Source of the DNA: an uncultured Rickettsiales bacterium
GTDB lineage: Bacteria > Pseudomonadota > Alphaproteobacteria > Rs-D84
Assembly: GCA_900546225.1 (NCBI GenBank)
Contig: URBZ01000002.1
Coordinates: 78,411-142,410 of the forward strand
Reading direction: 5' to 3'
DNA length: 64,000 bases
In this document: in pieces, positions 46,316 through 55,601 of the stretch
How positions within the stretch are numbered: position 1 is the first letter of the stretch
Layout: each line of letters starts with the position of its first letter
Program-made: the position numbers and the translations under genes
The notes under the pieces: generated by a model
Told to the model about the DNA's origin: nothing
Databases searched by the model: none
The model's input: only the letters and a program-made list of their open reading frames with translations

Positions 46316-49264
46316 CTATTTTCGTTTTACAACCGGCGTGCGCTGTTCTGGCAACTTTATCGGTTTTGGTGTACCCAGTAATGACACAGCAAACTTTTCA
46401 ATGTTTGTGCATTTACCAACAGATTTTTTCACAACCTGTGTCCGATTGTTATCTTGGCGATACAATATGAAGTTTGTGCCATGATCCATTTTGGTGATAT
46501 ATCCTTCGTACACACCATCTGCAGCGGTCAGGCGAACATAATCGTCCTTGTGTAACGAACAGACAAATTCACCATCTGGGACTTTGAAGACATCGTCATC
46601 TTTCCCCTTGGTATCGGTAACAAAAATCGGAACACACACGTATTTGCCATGCGCATTGCGCCAAATATCAAATCGAAACATATCGCCACGAACAGCGCGT
46701 CCATGTCGAATTTCCAGTGATCCTTTGTCGCGATTTTTATTCAGACCACGTTTTGAACGATATGATTTTGGATCTGCGTAAATTGTTTCATCGTGCGCCG
46801 CACCCGTGGCGTTACAACGTGGCGGGCGCGATACAATAATATCGTTCAAGCAGGAGATAACATCAGTACGAAAACCGTTCCATGGTTCTTGGATAGAAGT
46901 TTTCAGTGCGGTATACCATGCCTGACCATATTTTTGAATCAGCGCATATTTGTTTTCAAATCGCGCCGACAGCGTTGACAGGTACTTTACCATACCCTGT
47001 GTCGCACATGCGATTACAATCGCGTCTTGGGCATGATGTTTGTCTGATTCATCACGATTTTTGACCAAGCCCCACTGGTGACGCAGATAGTCCGTCAAAG
47101 AACCAGTACGCACCAATACTCGCTTTTTTATATCATCAGATGCAGGCCAATCGATACCATATTCCAAATATTCCGTGGCGAACTTGGCAATAGTGGCATT
47201 ATCATTCGCGTTACGTTCAATAAAACCGTTTTGTTCGGCATCACACTTGGGTAAATCGGTGTTCGTCAATTTTTTGAACTTTGCAGGATTATGCAAGGCA
47301 CGCGCACGCACCGTCATGTCATAAAATTGTTCAGATGTCAGAAACTCATATGGCGTTTTGCTGCCCTTGCGTTGATTACATTCGTGACAGACCAAAACCC
47401 TGTTGCTCTGCGAATTATCAAGGGAACGCGAATATGGCAAAATATGGTCTATTTCATACGCCCCCCAATCACCAGCAGCCAATACCGCATTACAGTATGG
47501 GCACTTGCCACCCTGCTCCATATACAATTTATACTTAAAGTAATTTTTGCCGTACTCTTTGCGGGCTTCTTCGGTTGCCTGACGATTGCGTTCCTGTTCG
47601 CGATTCATGCGCGCAATATCATCGGGCGAATTTTTTAATTCACGACCGATTTCCAAATGGATTCTGTCGGGCGCGCCAAACCGATAAACCATCGCATTAT
47701 AAACCTTGCGTAATTGGACAAGGGTTCGCTTGGCAACTGGTGATGTAATACGATTACCCAGCAAAGTCCAATTTATCTGGTGCAGATGCCCCGCTGGCGC
47801 GCCGTCGTCGCGATTTATATACGACACGTTTTGTGCCCTGAAATCTTTGTTCAGGCCAGATGCAACCGCTTCGTTATACTTTTTGCCATTCTCCATTTCA
47901 GGAATAATTTTTTGCAATGCAGAGATAGACAACTTGATAAATTCTGAACTGGTGATTTGTGCGATTGCGGCGGCATGTTCTGGCAATATTTCAGACACAG
48001 CGCGTTCAATATTTTCCGGCGTTTTCTGGGTTGCGATGACATCAAATATCTTGTCCATCGTGTCTATATCGGTTGTGTATTTGGCCAGTTTATGCCAACC
48101 CGTAAATGCATAGAATTTCTGACATTCGATTTTCTTGATATCAGGTTCAATCCACACCTTGTTTTCTTTGTCATATATACGGGAATAGTTCAACGTTTTG
48201 AACTGTTTATCATCGTCCCATTTCAACAGGTTACGCACGTCGGCATATTTCAGCCCCGTTTTCTTTTTATATAACTCATCTATAACTGTCTGGGTTTCAG
48301 CAACCGTAAAATCATTTTGGCGACACTTGGTCAATGCGACAAACTTTTGCGCCGTTGGCGATTCCTTGGGCGCGACCGGTTCATTCGTGAACGGACATTT
48401 GCCACGCATTTCCGCAATAGATTTGGCCAATGGCGATGCAGATTCATTAAATTTACGTTGGCGACACGCAACAGCCCACCATTTTTCAAACGCGTCCGAA
48501 AAATCATTACCAAAGTCACGTTGCGCGTGCAAAATCATTTCTGCTTCGCGCTTGATTTCCGAACGCGGAATAGAACTTGAATACGTTGATTGCACTTCTG
48601 TTTTTTGCGTGCCGTCTTTTGCGATTTTGACAACGCTTTTTCTGCCGTTGCGCATCTGAGCGTGTTCGGTGGCATACAGCATTTGGCACATTGTTTGATC
48701 CGGATTTTCACGTTGCAGTTTGGCCAAATTATCTTTGATTGCACCAATGGCTTTTAATTCCTCTTTGGACTCTGCGTCGTCCGCCTTTTCTGATTTTGCA
48801 CCAGCTGGCACAGGGTATGTTATATCATCGTACCCGCGATGCTTTGCCAAATGGTACAAGATGCGTCCTGTTTCACGCGGCGTCAGTTTTCGCGTAAAAG
48901 CGTCAACCGCACGCAGTTGCCAGATGTTTATATCCGTATCACGGTTCAGATAAAAATTATTTTGTCCGTCAGATTTTGGTTCTGGAATATCAATCAGATG
49001 GTATTGACGTAAAATATCGCGAATTTCGCGCATACGCTGTGCACGATGTCTGATTCTGCGACGCGCACCACGCGCCGTGCGACGATCGGCGGCATTTTGT
49101 GCCTGATCAAAACAGCGCACACCCGCACCCACTATTTCACCCACGGGGCGGCTGTCGGGCGCGGACGCATCTGTGGTTGATGCCGTTGGATCTGACATTC
49201 TAACAGCGGCCCAACCGATACTGGCGATACCCAAATCGAATCCAAAAATCAAAGACATGTGCAT
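46316..49264 (-). CDS. cas9: Cas9, compact type II-C
   Basis: 982 aa. RuvC-I IFGFDLGIASIGWA. Arg-rich bridge helix. HNH YEIDHILPYSRSLDNSQSNRVLVCHECNQRKG. RuvC-III HHAQDA. No csn2 or cas4 nearby, so subtype II-C. Confidence 0.95.
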   Translation of the reverse strand: MHMSLIFGFDLGIASIGWAAVRMSDPTASTTDASAPDSRPVGEIVGAGVRCFDQAQNAADRRTARGARRRIRHRAQRMREIRDILRQYHLIDIPEPKSDGQNNFYLNRDTDINIWQLRAVDAFTRKLTPRETGRILYHLAKHRGYDDITYPVPAGAKSEKADDAESKEELKAIGAIKDNLAKLQRENPDQTMCQMLYATEHAQMRNGRKSVVKIAKDGTQKTEVQSTYSSSIPRSEIKREAEMILHAQRDFGNDFSDAFEKWWAVACRQRKFNESASPLAKSIAEMRGKCPFTNEPVAPKESPTAQKFVALTKCRQNDFTVAETQTVIDELYKKKTGLKYADVRNLLKWDDDKQFKTLNYSRIYDKENKVWIEPDIKKIECQKFYAFTGWHKLAKYTTDIDTMDKIFDVIATQKTPENIERAVSEILPEHAAAIAQITSSEFIKLSISALQKIIPEMENGKKYNEAVASGLNKDFRAQNVSYINRDDGAPAGHLHQINWTLLGNRITSPVAKRTLVQLRKVYNAMVYRFGAPDRIHLEIGRELKNSPDDIARMNREQERNRQATEEARKEYGKNYFKYKLYMEQGGKCPYCNAVLAAGDWGAYEIDHILPYSRSLDNSQSNRVLVCHECNQRKGSKTPYEFLTSEQFYDMTVRARALHNPAKFKKLTNTDLPKCDAEQNGFIERNANDNATIAKFATEYLEYGIDWPASDDIKKRVLVRTGSLTDYLRHQWGLVKNRDESDKHHAQDAIVIACATQGMVKYLSTLSARFENKYALIQKYGQAWYTALKTSIQEPWNGFRTDVISCLNDIIVSRPPRCNATGAAHDETIYADPKSYRSKRGLNKNRDKGSLEIRHGRAVRGDMFRFDIWRNAHGKYVCVPIFVTDTKGKDDDVFKVPDGEFVCSLHKDDYVRLTAADGVYEGYITKMDHGTNFILYRQDNNRTQVVKKSVGKCTNIEKFAVSLLGTPKPIKLPEQRTPVVKRK

Positions 49265-49380
49265 TCCTCTTTGTTTTTACCCTTGTATTATGAATATAGA
49301 CCCAACAAGCACAAATTACAACCCGACACCATAAAAACAAAAAACTTGACGTCAGCAATAATCTATCATAGCATAGTGAC

Positions 49381-49503
49381 GTAAGAAATCTTTATTGACG
49401 GACGATTTGAGAAGCAACCGTTTATATAATAAAGAATATTTTCTGTGGGGTTTTACGATTACGTATCCCCTGCGCCGTCCCCCAACGGGGGACGGCTTTT
49501 ATT
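49381..49503 (+). ncRNA. tracrRNA (divergent from cas9)
   Basis: GACGATTTGAGAAGCAACC (49401-49419) is perfectly complementary to repeat positions 7-25. Upstream TTGACG-17-TAGCAT promoter (49346-49374). 3' terminator CCGTCCCCCAACGGGGGACGG + TTTTATTTAT (49475-49505). Confidence 0.7.
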
Positions 49504-49515
49504 TATGGCAAACAC

Positions 49516-49548
49516 ATCAAAAAACACCCGCGGGCGGGTGTTTTTGTT
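49516..49548. terminator. terminator AAAAACACCCGCGGGCGGGTGTTTTTGTTTT (3' of the 49549 gene)
   Basis: GC hairpin flanked by A/T runs. Confidence 0.5.
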
Positions 49549-51324
49549 TTATCGGTTGATCATTGTGGGGATTACGATTTCGTCGTTGTAATAGCCCAAG
49601 AATCGTTTTCCGGTGGCGCAGTATATTTTCTGCAACGAATCCTTGTATTCGCGCACGGCCGTGACCCAACGGTTTTCAATATCGGATTGCGCCCCTTGGT
49701 ATCCGGCGTATGCACCCAACGCACCACCAGCACCCGCGCCAATCAATGTGCCTTTTAATCTGGCCTTGTTACCAAAGTCAATAATACCACCATCGGACGC
49801 ATCGACCATTATTGGGTAGAAGTCGCTGATGCTGTATTCGCCGTCCAAAGCATATCCAGCACCACTGGACGTGCGGCCCAAGATTGTATGCCCTGATAAA
49901 TCTGTTTTCAATTTGGCCCAATCAGAACGCTTGTAACCAAATGCCTTGTCATTGACGTCGGCAATCATCGCAGGAATCTGTGTACCGGTGGCAATGGTGG
50001 CACTGGAAATCTTGGCATACATCGCACTGTCAGGATTTGCACCATTTTTCATTTCGTTTTTTTCGGTCAGATAAAACTGTTTTGCTGAATCAGCTTTGAC
50101 CTTTTCGAACCCTTCCTTGGCCACAGCTTCAATGTCTTTGTTCGGGTATGCCTCTAGTTTAATATTCAACAGGGTTTCTTGTTTACAACCAGTATCGTCT
50201 GAGTTACATACTAATGTTGTTTCGTCGCCAGTGTTGTAATAAGCGTTTTTACCAGACAGTGCCGTACTCTTTCTGATAACACCCCACAGGCACTTGGAAT
50301 TTTTATTCTGTGGCTCGGCGGGTTTATCGTCCGTTGTGGCACTGGCGGACGCGGACGCAGTCGCGCTGGCTGAACCGGTATTATTGGACGTATCTGACTT
50401 TTCCTGATTTGATTTTGGTTTTTCGGTGATGCTGGGTATTTTGCAATCCTCGATACGCAGGACAGATTCCCCACTGGCGGCAATGTTGCCAATCATACTG
50501 CCCGCGGCGGCGTTGACACCAGTTGACAGAATTGTGTCACCTGCAACCTTGCCAGAATAGGCATTGCCCGCCATCAGTGCTGCGCCGCTGAGTGCGCCGA
50601 TGATTGTGCCGGTGGTTTTATGTTTGCCACCGCCCAATATACTGTCACTGCCGATTTCGTTTTTGCCGGCGGCATTGCCCGCCAGACCACCAATCACCGT
50701 GCCCGCCGCGATGCGCAGGCCGGCGTTTTGTTTCTGTTCCGCATTTAATACCTGAACCACGTCCGCACGGGTCGGTTCGTTGTCCGCGGGGAATGTAACC
50801 TGTGCCGCGTCGGTGGTGTATGAAAATTCAGGAAAGTCAGAGATATTACATTTGACCGCATCGCCAGCCGCCAAATTTGCGCGCGCCAAAACGGCATCAG
50901 AACCGTCCAGTCCCATTTGATAGCCACGCAATTCGACAACCGCGACACACGTTGATGCGCCACCCGCACCATTGCCAACCGTCGGCGAATCCCATGCAAA
51001 TTCGCCATTTGGATATACCATTGCGCAAGAATCCAGTGTTGCAATACTGACACGCGAATCCGTTTCGCCACGTGATAACTTTTGTGCCAATTCACGATTT
51101 GCCACCCGCACCGGCAGGTTTGTTTCCGCGTCCGCCGACTGGGTCGTGGCAGTTGGTGTGGCGGCGGCCGCTGCGGCCGCTGCAATCTGTTCACGTTGGG
51201 CATTTACCTGTTGATAGCCGGCTGCATAACTGCGCGATGCGTTGCCAACACGCACTGCGGCGGCGGCGTGGCCGCCAGATAATAGAGCATAGATAATAGA
51301 TAATAGATAATAGTTATATTTCAT
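49549..51324 (-). CDS. secreted Gly/Ala-rich (glycine-zipper-like) hypothetical protein
   Basis: 591 aa. N-terminal signal-like MKYNYYLLSIIYALLSGGHAAAA; these first codons are encoded by the left inverted repeat of the adjacent cassette. Many GxxxG repeats. Confidence 0.45.
   Translation of the reverse strand: MKYNYYLLSIIYALLSGGHAAAAVRVGNASRSYAAGYQQVNAQREQIAAAAAAAATPTATTQSADAETNLPVRVANRELAQKLSRGETDSRVSIATLDSCAMVYPNGEFAWDSPTVGNGAGGASTCVAVVELRGYQMGLDGSDAVLARANLAAGDAVKCNISDFPEFSYTTDAAQVTFPADNEPTRADVVQVLNAEQKQNAGLRIAAGTVIGGLAGNAAGKNEIGSDSILGGGKHKTTGTIIGALSGAALMAGNAYSGKVAGDTILSTGVNAAAGSMIGNIAASGESVLRIEDCKIPSITEKPKSNQEKSDTSNNTGSASATASASASATTDDKPAEPQNKNSKCLWGVIRKSTALSGKNAYYNTGDETTLVCNSDDTGCKQETLLNIKLEAYPNKDIEAVAKEGFEKVKADSAKQFYLTEKNEMKNGANPDSAMYAKISSATIATGTQIPAMIADVNDKAFGYKRSDWAKLKTDLSGHTILGRTSSGAGYALDGEYSISDFYPIMVDASDGGIIDFGNKARLKGTLIGAGAGGALGAYAGYQGAQSDIENRWVTAVREYKDSLQKIYCATGKRFLGYYNDEIVIPTMINR
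51278..51324. repeat. left inverted repeat (GATAATAGAGCATAGATAATAGATAATAGATAATAG) of the four-helix-bundle cassette, with AGATAAT tandem units
   Basis: Its reverse complement TATCTATGCTCTATTATC recurs at 51684-51701. Confidence 0.6.
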
Positions 51325-51683
51325 TTTTTCTTTACCTGCTTTTTTGTCTTGATGGTGGCCGTCAATAATTTCATTATCTCTTCACAGTCAGAATTTATAC
51401 TCTCATACCATTCTGTTGGAATTAAACCAACATTCTTTAACAAATCTAACCAATACAACGTTTCTGAACACTCCTTGTACGCAATATAAACTTTGGCTAA
51501 AAAATCATCTGCCGATATTGCGCATTTGGCCTCTGATAGATTTGCGCCGATGCTTGTTCCCGACCGCAACAACTGACGAGATAAAATTATTTCGTTTTTC
51601 TCTCCTGTTAAATATTTACACAACTTATAGATACGAACAGCGAAATCCTTACTCTTTTGTACCGTTACGCTATTTGCCGTCAT
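51321..51683 (-). CDS. four-helix-bundle protein (23S rRNA intervening-sequence protein family, PF05635-like)
   Basis: 120 aa; LLRSGTSIGANLSEA....KECSETLYWLDLL matches the family signature (RSxxSIxANIAEG...KExxETxYWL). Confidence 0.75.
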   Translation of the reverse strand: MTANSVTVQKSKDFAVRIYKLCKYLTGEKNEIILSRQLLRSGTSIGANLSEAKCAISADDFLAKVYIAYKECSETLYWLDLLKNVGLIPTEWYESINSDCEEIMKLLTATIKTKKQVKKK

Positions 51684-51720
51684 ATCTATGCTCTATTATC
51701 TATGCTCTATGCTCTAAAAC
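51681..51720. repeat. right inverted repeat (CATATCTATGCTCTATTATCTATGCTCTATGCTCT), with TATGCTC tandem units
   Basis: Shares the 18-bp core TATCTATGCTCTATTATC in inverse orientation with 51278-51324. Contains the start codon of the 4HB gene and the stop codon of the OMP gene. Confidence 0.6.
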
Positions 51721-52793
51721 TGCAAACGCGCGCGGACACCCAAATCAACCATGCCCAGACGGCCACTTTCGTACCAGTTGGTATAGTGGAACACGCTGTC
51801 GTATGGTGCTTGGTATTCACCGCCCGCATCGTCGCCCAACCATTCGGTTTGGGAAACAACGATACTGCCCGATGTTTTAACCTTGCCTAAATTGGCATAG
51901 CGAACAAAGAAATCCAATTTAATGCCGCCGTCCAGTTCGGTGGTTAAACCACCCTCGACCGAAAAGGCCAACTGTTCTGTTGTGCCGCCGTTGTGATATG
52001 CATATACGTCCGAGATACCCGTCAGGTCACCCGCACCCGCCGCCGATGGATCCATCACGTCATAAAACGTGCCATCGTACACGACATAGTCGGCGATTGT
52101 GTTCAACGAAATACCAACACCAGCCCCGATGTACGGACGCAACGCGCCCCCCGCCAGATAGCCAGTATAAGAATCGATATTATAATACACGTTCAACATC
52201 GTCGTGTTTGCGGTGATTGCGCCACCACTGACCTTGCCCGTGATATAGCCACCATTACCATCGGCGGATTCAACCGTGTCTGGGTAACTGAGGCCCGAAT
52301 AACGCAAGAACGAGAAATCAATACGCACATCGTTATTGATTGCCGCGCCAACCGATACCTGTAATGGAATCACGGTATCAGACGAAAAGTTTGCATCTTT
52401 GAATGCGCCGGGGACGACATACGATTTATCTTCGCCGGCATAGTCGGCGGACATGCTGCCCGTGATTGATGCAGAATACCCCGCGGAAACACCGATGTAC
52501 AGACCACTGTCCGCCAAACGGTCATAGTCCGCTGGCTGGTAATACTGGCGTCCTGCATTTGTTGCAGACGACCCGACACGTGGTAATGCGCCCGTGACAC
52601 GGGTATTGGCCGGCAAACTGGTACTGGTCGTGACCGACGTTTGATTTGGCAATGCGATAACCTGACCCTGGGCGGTGGTTGCCTGATATGTTGTTGGATA
52701 CGCCGCCTGATACACAGGATACGCGGCACGCGCGTCAAATGATACGCCCGCCAAAACACCCGTTAAAACGGCAAAAACAGCAGATTTTTTCAT
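51714..52793 (-). CDS. outer-membrane beta-barrel protein
   Basis: Start at MKKSAVFAVLTGVLAGVSFDARA (signal peptide, ATG 52793). Alternating amphipathic strands. C-terminal ...RARLQF (terminal Phe). Confidence 0.6.
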   Translation of the reverse strand: MKKSAVFAVLTGVLAGVSFDARAAYPVYQAAYPTTYQATTAQGQVIALPNQTSVTTSTSLPANTRVTGALPRVGSSATNAGRQYYQPADYDRLADSGLYIGVSAGYSASITGSMSADYAGEDKSYVVPGAFKDANFSSDTVIPLQVSVGAAINNDVRIDFSFLRYSGLSYPDTVESADGNGGYITGKVSGGAITANTTMLNVYYNIDSYTGYLAGGALRPYIGAGVGISLNTIADYVVYDGTFYDVMDPSAAGAGDLTGISDVYAYHNGGTTEQLAFSVEGGLTTELDGGIKLDFFVRYANLGKVKTSGSIVVSQTEWLGDDAGGEYQAPYDSVFHYTNWYESGRLGMVDLGVRARLQF

Positions 52794-52903
52794 GTAAAAT
52801 CCATTTCCTTTTGCGTACATTATATCATAAAAATCCCTAAGAGTACAAAACAAAAATCCCGCATTACGCGGGATTTAGTCCAATATGTTTTGTTGTTTTA
52901 TGT

Positions 52904-53965
52904 TTAGAACGTAAAGTTCAGGCGAACGCCCATTTCGGCCTTGACATCTGTCCCGTTTTGGGATTTACGATGCGAGTCGTCCAGCGTATATTCGCCATAA
53001 AGCGTAATCTGGGTGTTATCAGTCAACTGGTTTGAAAATGACGCGCCGATAACGTATTCGTCCCAACCGTCTTCCATATCAGCCAACTGTTTTTCCAGCG
53101 CAGCCGCCAATCCCTTGGTGCGCGCATTTGGCATTTCGGTTGTGATTTTATCAACGCCATGATCAGAATGACGATTGAATTTGAACCAGCCGCCCATGCT
53201 CCAACGGTTTGAAAATTCATAGAACCCTTGGACACCGGTACTCAAATCAGTATTTCCTTTTAATTTTGCGGAAATCTGGGTTGGTGCATCAATGGCGGCC
53301 AATGCCAATCTGTTTCCCTTGTTTGCACCGACAACACGTATCATATTGTTGTCATCTGCGAATGTTTGCAGGATTTCAACAAATGCCTGTGCGGTAAATT
53401 TGTCCCATACGTGACCAAATTTTGTTCCCGCGTGGAATCCCCACATACCGTCGGAATAGTTATCATAATCAAACACGCCGTACACAGTGCTCGGGTTATT
53501 CAAGTCACCCTTTACATTGTATGTGCCGCGCATTTCACCGACACCACCCAAGTGGATATCGCCGTACACGTCCCACACAAAACCCTTGTACAGGTTCAAG
53601 ATACGATATGTTGTACCCAAACGGCCGCCGGACAGACCGGTACGACCAATGTCGTTATCGTGGGTGTATTGCAACATAAAGTGTGCCGCCCAACGATCTG
53701 TAATACCATAGCCCATTTCTTCTTGGACGCGGACGATTGGAAATTCAAATCCGCCGCTGTGATTTTTTTCGCGGTGCGCCCATGAATTATCGGCGACCTT
53801 TAACATAATACCGTTGGATAATTTGGAATAGAACATATTCTGTTCTGGCAAATATAACGGATTTTCCATGTTATGAACCGTAGAATACGGCCCAGGAATG
53901 TTTGCAGCCATCGCAGGCGCAGTCAGCGCAGCCACTGCTGTCGCCAACGTAATTGTTTTTTTCAT
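52904..53965 (-). CDS. outer-membrane beta-barrel protein
   Basis: Start at MKKTITLATAVAALTAPAMA (ATG 53965, RBS GAAGGAG). C-terminal ...VRLNFTF. Confidence 0.6.
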   Translation of the reverse strand: MKKTITLATAVAALTAPAMAANIPGPYSTVHNMENPLYLPEQNMFYSKLSNGIMLKVADNSWAHREKNHSGGFEFPIVRVQEEMGYGITDRWAAHFMLQYTHDNDIGRTGLSGGRLGTTYRILNLYKGFVWDVYGDIHLGGVGEMRGTYNVKGDLNNPSTVYGVFDYDNYSDGMWGFHAGTKFGHVWDKFTAQAFVEILQTFADDNNMIRVVGANKGNRLALAAIDAPTQISAKLKGNTDLSTGVQGFYEFSNRWSMGGWFKFNRHSDHGVDKITTEMPNARTKGLAAALEKQLADMEDGWDEYVIGASFSNQLTDNTQITLYGEYTLDDSHRKSQNGTDVKAEMGVRLNFTF

Positions 53966-54134
53966 CAAATAACTCCTTCGTTGTGATGAAATTCTGCGGC
54001 CCCCATTATTGGCAAGACCGGAGGTCATATCCACACCGCCCATTATTGGCAACAGTGCGTTTTTGTGACACGACCGTTTATCATGGTATACCTATTTTGG
54101 GAATAAAGTCAAAGAAATCTTTTTCTTGCAAAAT

Positions 54135-55379
54135 TTATTTATGCTGGTATGCGACAACGCACGGCGCAAATTTTTCCCAGTTTTCCGCCGAAATCCACGC
54201 GCGCGGTATTGTAATACTGTTATGCTGGCCCGCCGACATTTTTGGCAACGCATCGCCATTTTTTGCATTTATAATTTGATTCAGGTGCACCGTTGCGCCA
54301 CCGATTACCCCAGGCAACACGAATGTAATGTCGGTATCGGCGCGCAATTCATTGCGTAATTCCAGTGTAATTTTGTCCGTGTCCACCGCGGTTACCACGC
54401 CCACCGCATGCCAATCAGACGTTGAACGCGTTGTTTCGTAATCATGCGCGTCTGCCCCCAAGTTCCCGTCAAAGAACGCCGTGGTGTATCCGCGCGTTTC
54501 CAACTTGTTCAGCAAATCCATAAATGGCGCGGGGTCAAAATTATCAGGCCCCGCCGCATACGCGTCCAGCGCACAGCGATATGCATTCGTCACCATGGCG
54601 ACATAGTATTCGCTGCGATTGCGCCCCTCTATCTTTAATGAATCAGGGTGCGCGGCAATAATTTCTGCCAAGCGTGGCATCAGGCACAAATCGCGCGAGT
54701 TCATGATGTATGCGCCACGGGAATCTTCCTCTATCGGCATTTCAACGCCGGACTGGGCCTCGCGCAAAATAACATCGTATTTCCATCGGCACAGTTGCGC
54801 GCACGCCCCGCGGTTTGATGGACGCCCCGTGATAAAGTTTGATAACAGGCAACGGCCCGAATAACTCATACACATTGCGCCATGAACAAATATTTCCAGA
54901 CCAACATCGGGGCACGCAGCGCGGATTTCACAAAATTCGTTAAATGGGACTTCGCGCGCCAAAACGCACAATTTTGCGCCCGCTTTTTGCCAGAACTTTA
55001 CCGACGCCGATGAACAAATATTCGCCTGTGTCGACACATGAATTGGAATATCAGGATGATGTTCGCGCACCCACATCATAACCCCAGGGTCGGCGACAAT
55101 CAGCGCATCAGGGCGCAGGTAATCTATCACCGCACTGACACGGGGCATATTCGCATATTCGCGTTCGTGTGCAAACAGATTAAAAGCCAAATAAACCCGT
55201 TTGCCCGCAGCATGGGCCAGATCTATGCCCTGCTTTACCTCGTCAACTGTAATTTTTGCACGCGCACGCATTGAAAAACCCGGCAGACCAGCATAAATTG
55301 CGTCTGCGCCATATAAAATTGCGGTTTTGAATGCGTCCAGCGTGCCCGCCGGTGCAAGTAATTCTGGTAATTTAATCAT
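54135..55379 (-). CDS. peptidase U32 family protein
   Basis: 414 aa; N-terminal MIKLPELLAPAGTLDAFKTAILYGADAIYAG... is characteristic of the U32 (PrtC/YegQ/YhbU) family. Confidence 0.75.
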   Translation of the reverse strand: MIKLPELLAPAGTLDAFKTAILYGADAIYAGLPGFSMRARAKITVDEVKQGIDLAHAAGKRVYLAFNLFAHEREYANMPRVSAVIDYLRPDALIVADPGVMMWVREHHPDIPIHVSTQANICSSASVKFWQKAGAKLCVLAREVPFNEFCEIRAACPDVGLEIFVHGAMCMSYSGRCLLSNFITGRPSNRGACAQLCRWKYDVILREAQSGVEMPIEEDSRGAYIMNSRDLCLMPRLAEIIAAHPDSLKIEGRNRSEYYVAMVTNAYRCALDAYAAGPDNFDPAPFMDLLNKLETRGYTTAFFDGNLGADAHDYETTRSTSDWHAVGVVTAVDTDKITLELRNELRADTDITFVLPGVIGGATVHLNQIINAKNGDALPKMSAGQHNSITIPRAWISAENWEKFAPCVVAYQHK

Positions 55380-55487
55380 AATCCGTGCCCTTTGCTGTAT
55401 ATTTTTTACGGTTATTGCATAAAATCAAGCGATTTATGATTTTTACACTTGAAATTATTTTTTTAACCATGTATAGTAAAGCCCGTT

Positions 55488-55563
55488 GCCAGTTTAGCTC
55501 AGCTGGTAGAGCATCTGATTTGTAATCAGAGGGTCGTTGGTTCAAGTCCGACAACTGGCACCA
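55488..55563 (+). tRNA. tRNA-Thr (anticodon TGT), CCA encoded
   Basis: Acceptor GCCAGTT/AACTGGC. D-arm AGCTCAGCTGGTAGAGC. Anticodon stem TCTGA/TCAGA with loop TTTGTAA. T-loop GGTTCAAGTCC. Terminator CCGCGGTCACCCGCGG + T-run follows (55568-55592). Confidence 0.8.
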
Positions 55564-55601
55564 GAATTACCGCGGTCACCCGCGGTTTTTTGTTTGTGTT
55601 T

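Noticed and set aside
55372-55554. 60-aa minus-strand ORF
   Set aside because: Overlaps tRNA-Thr (55488..55563).
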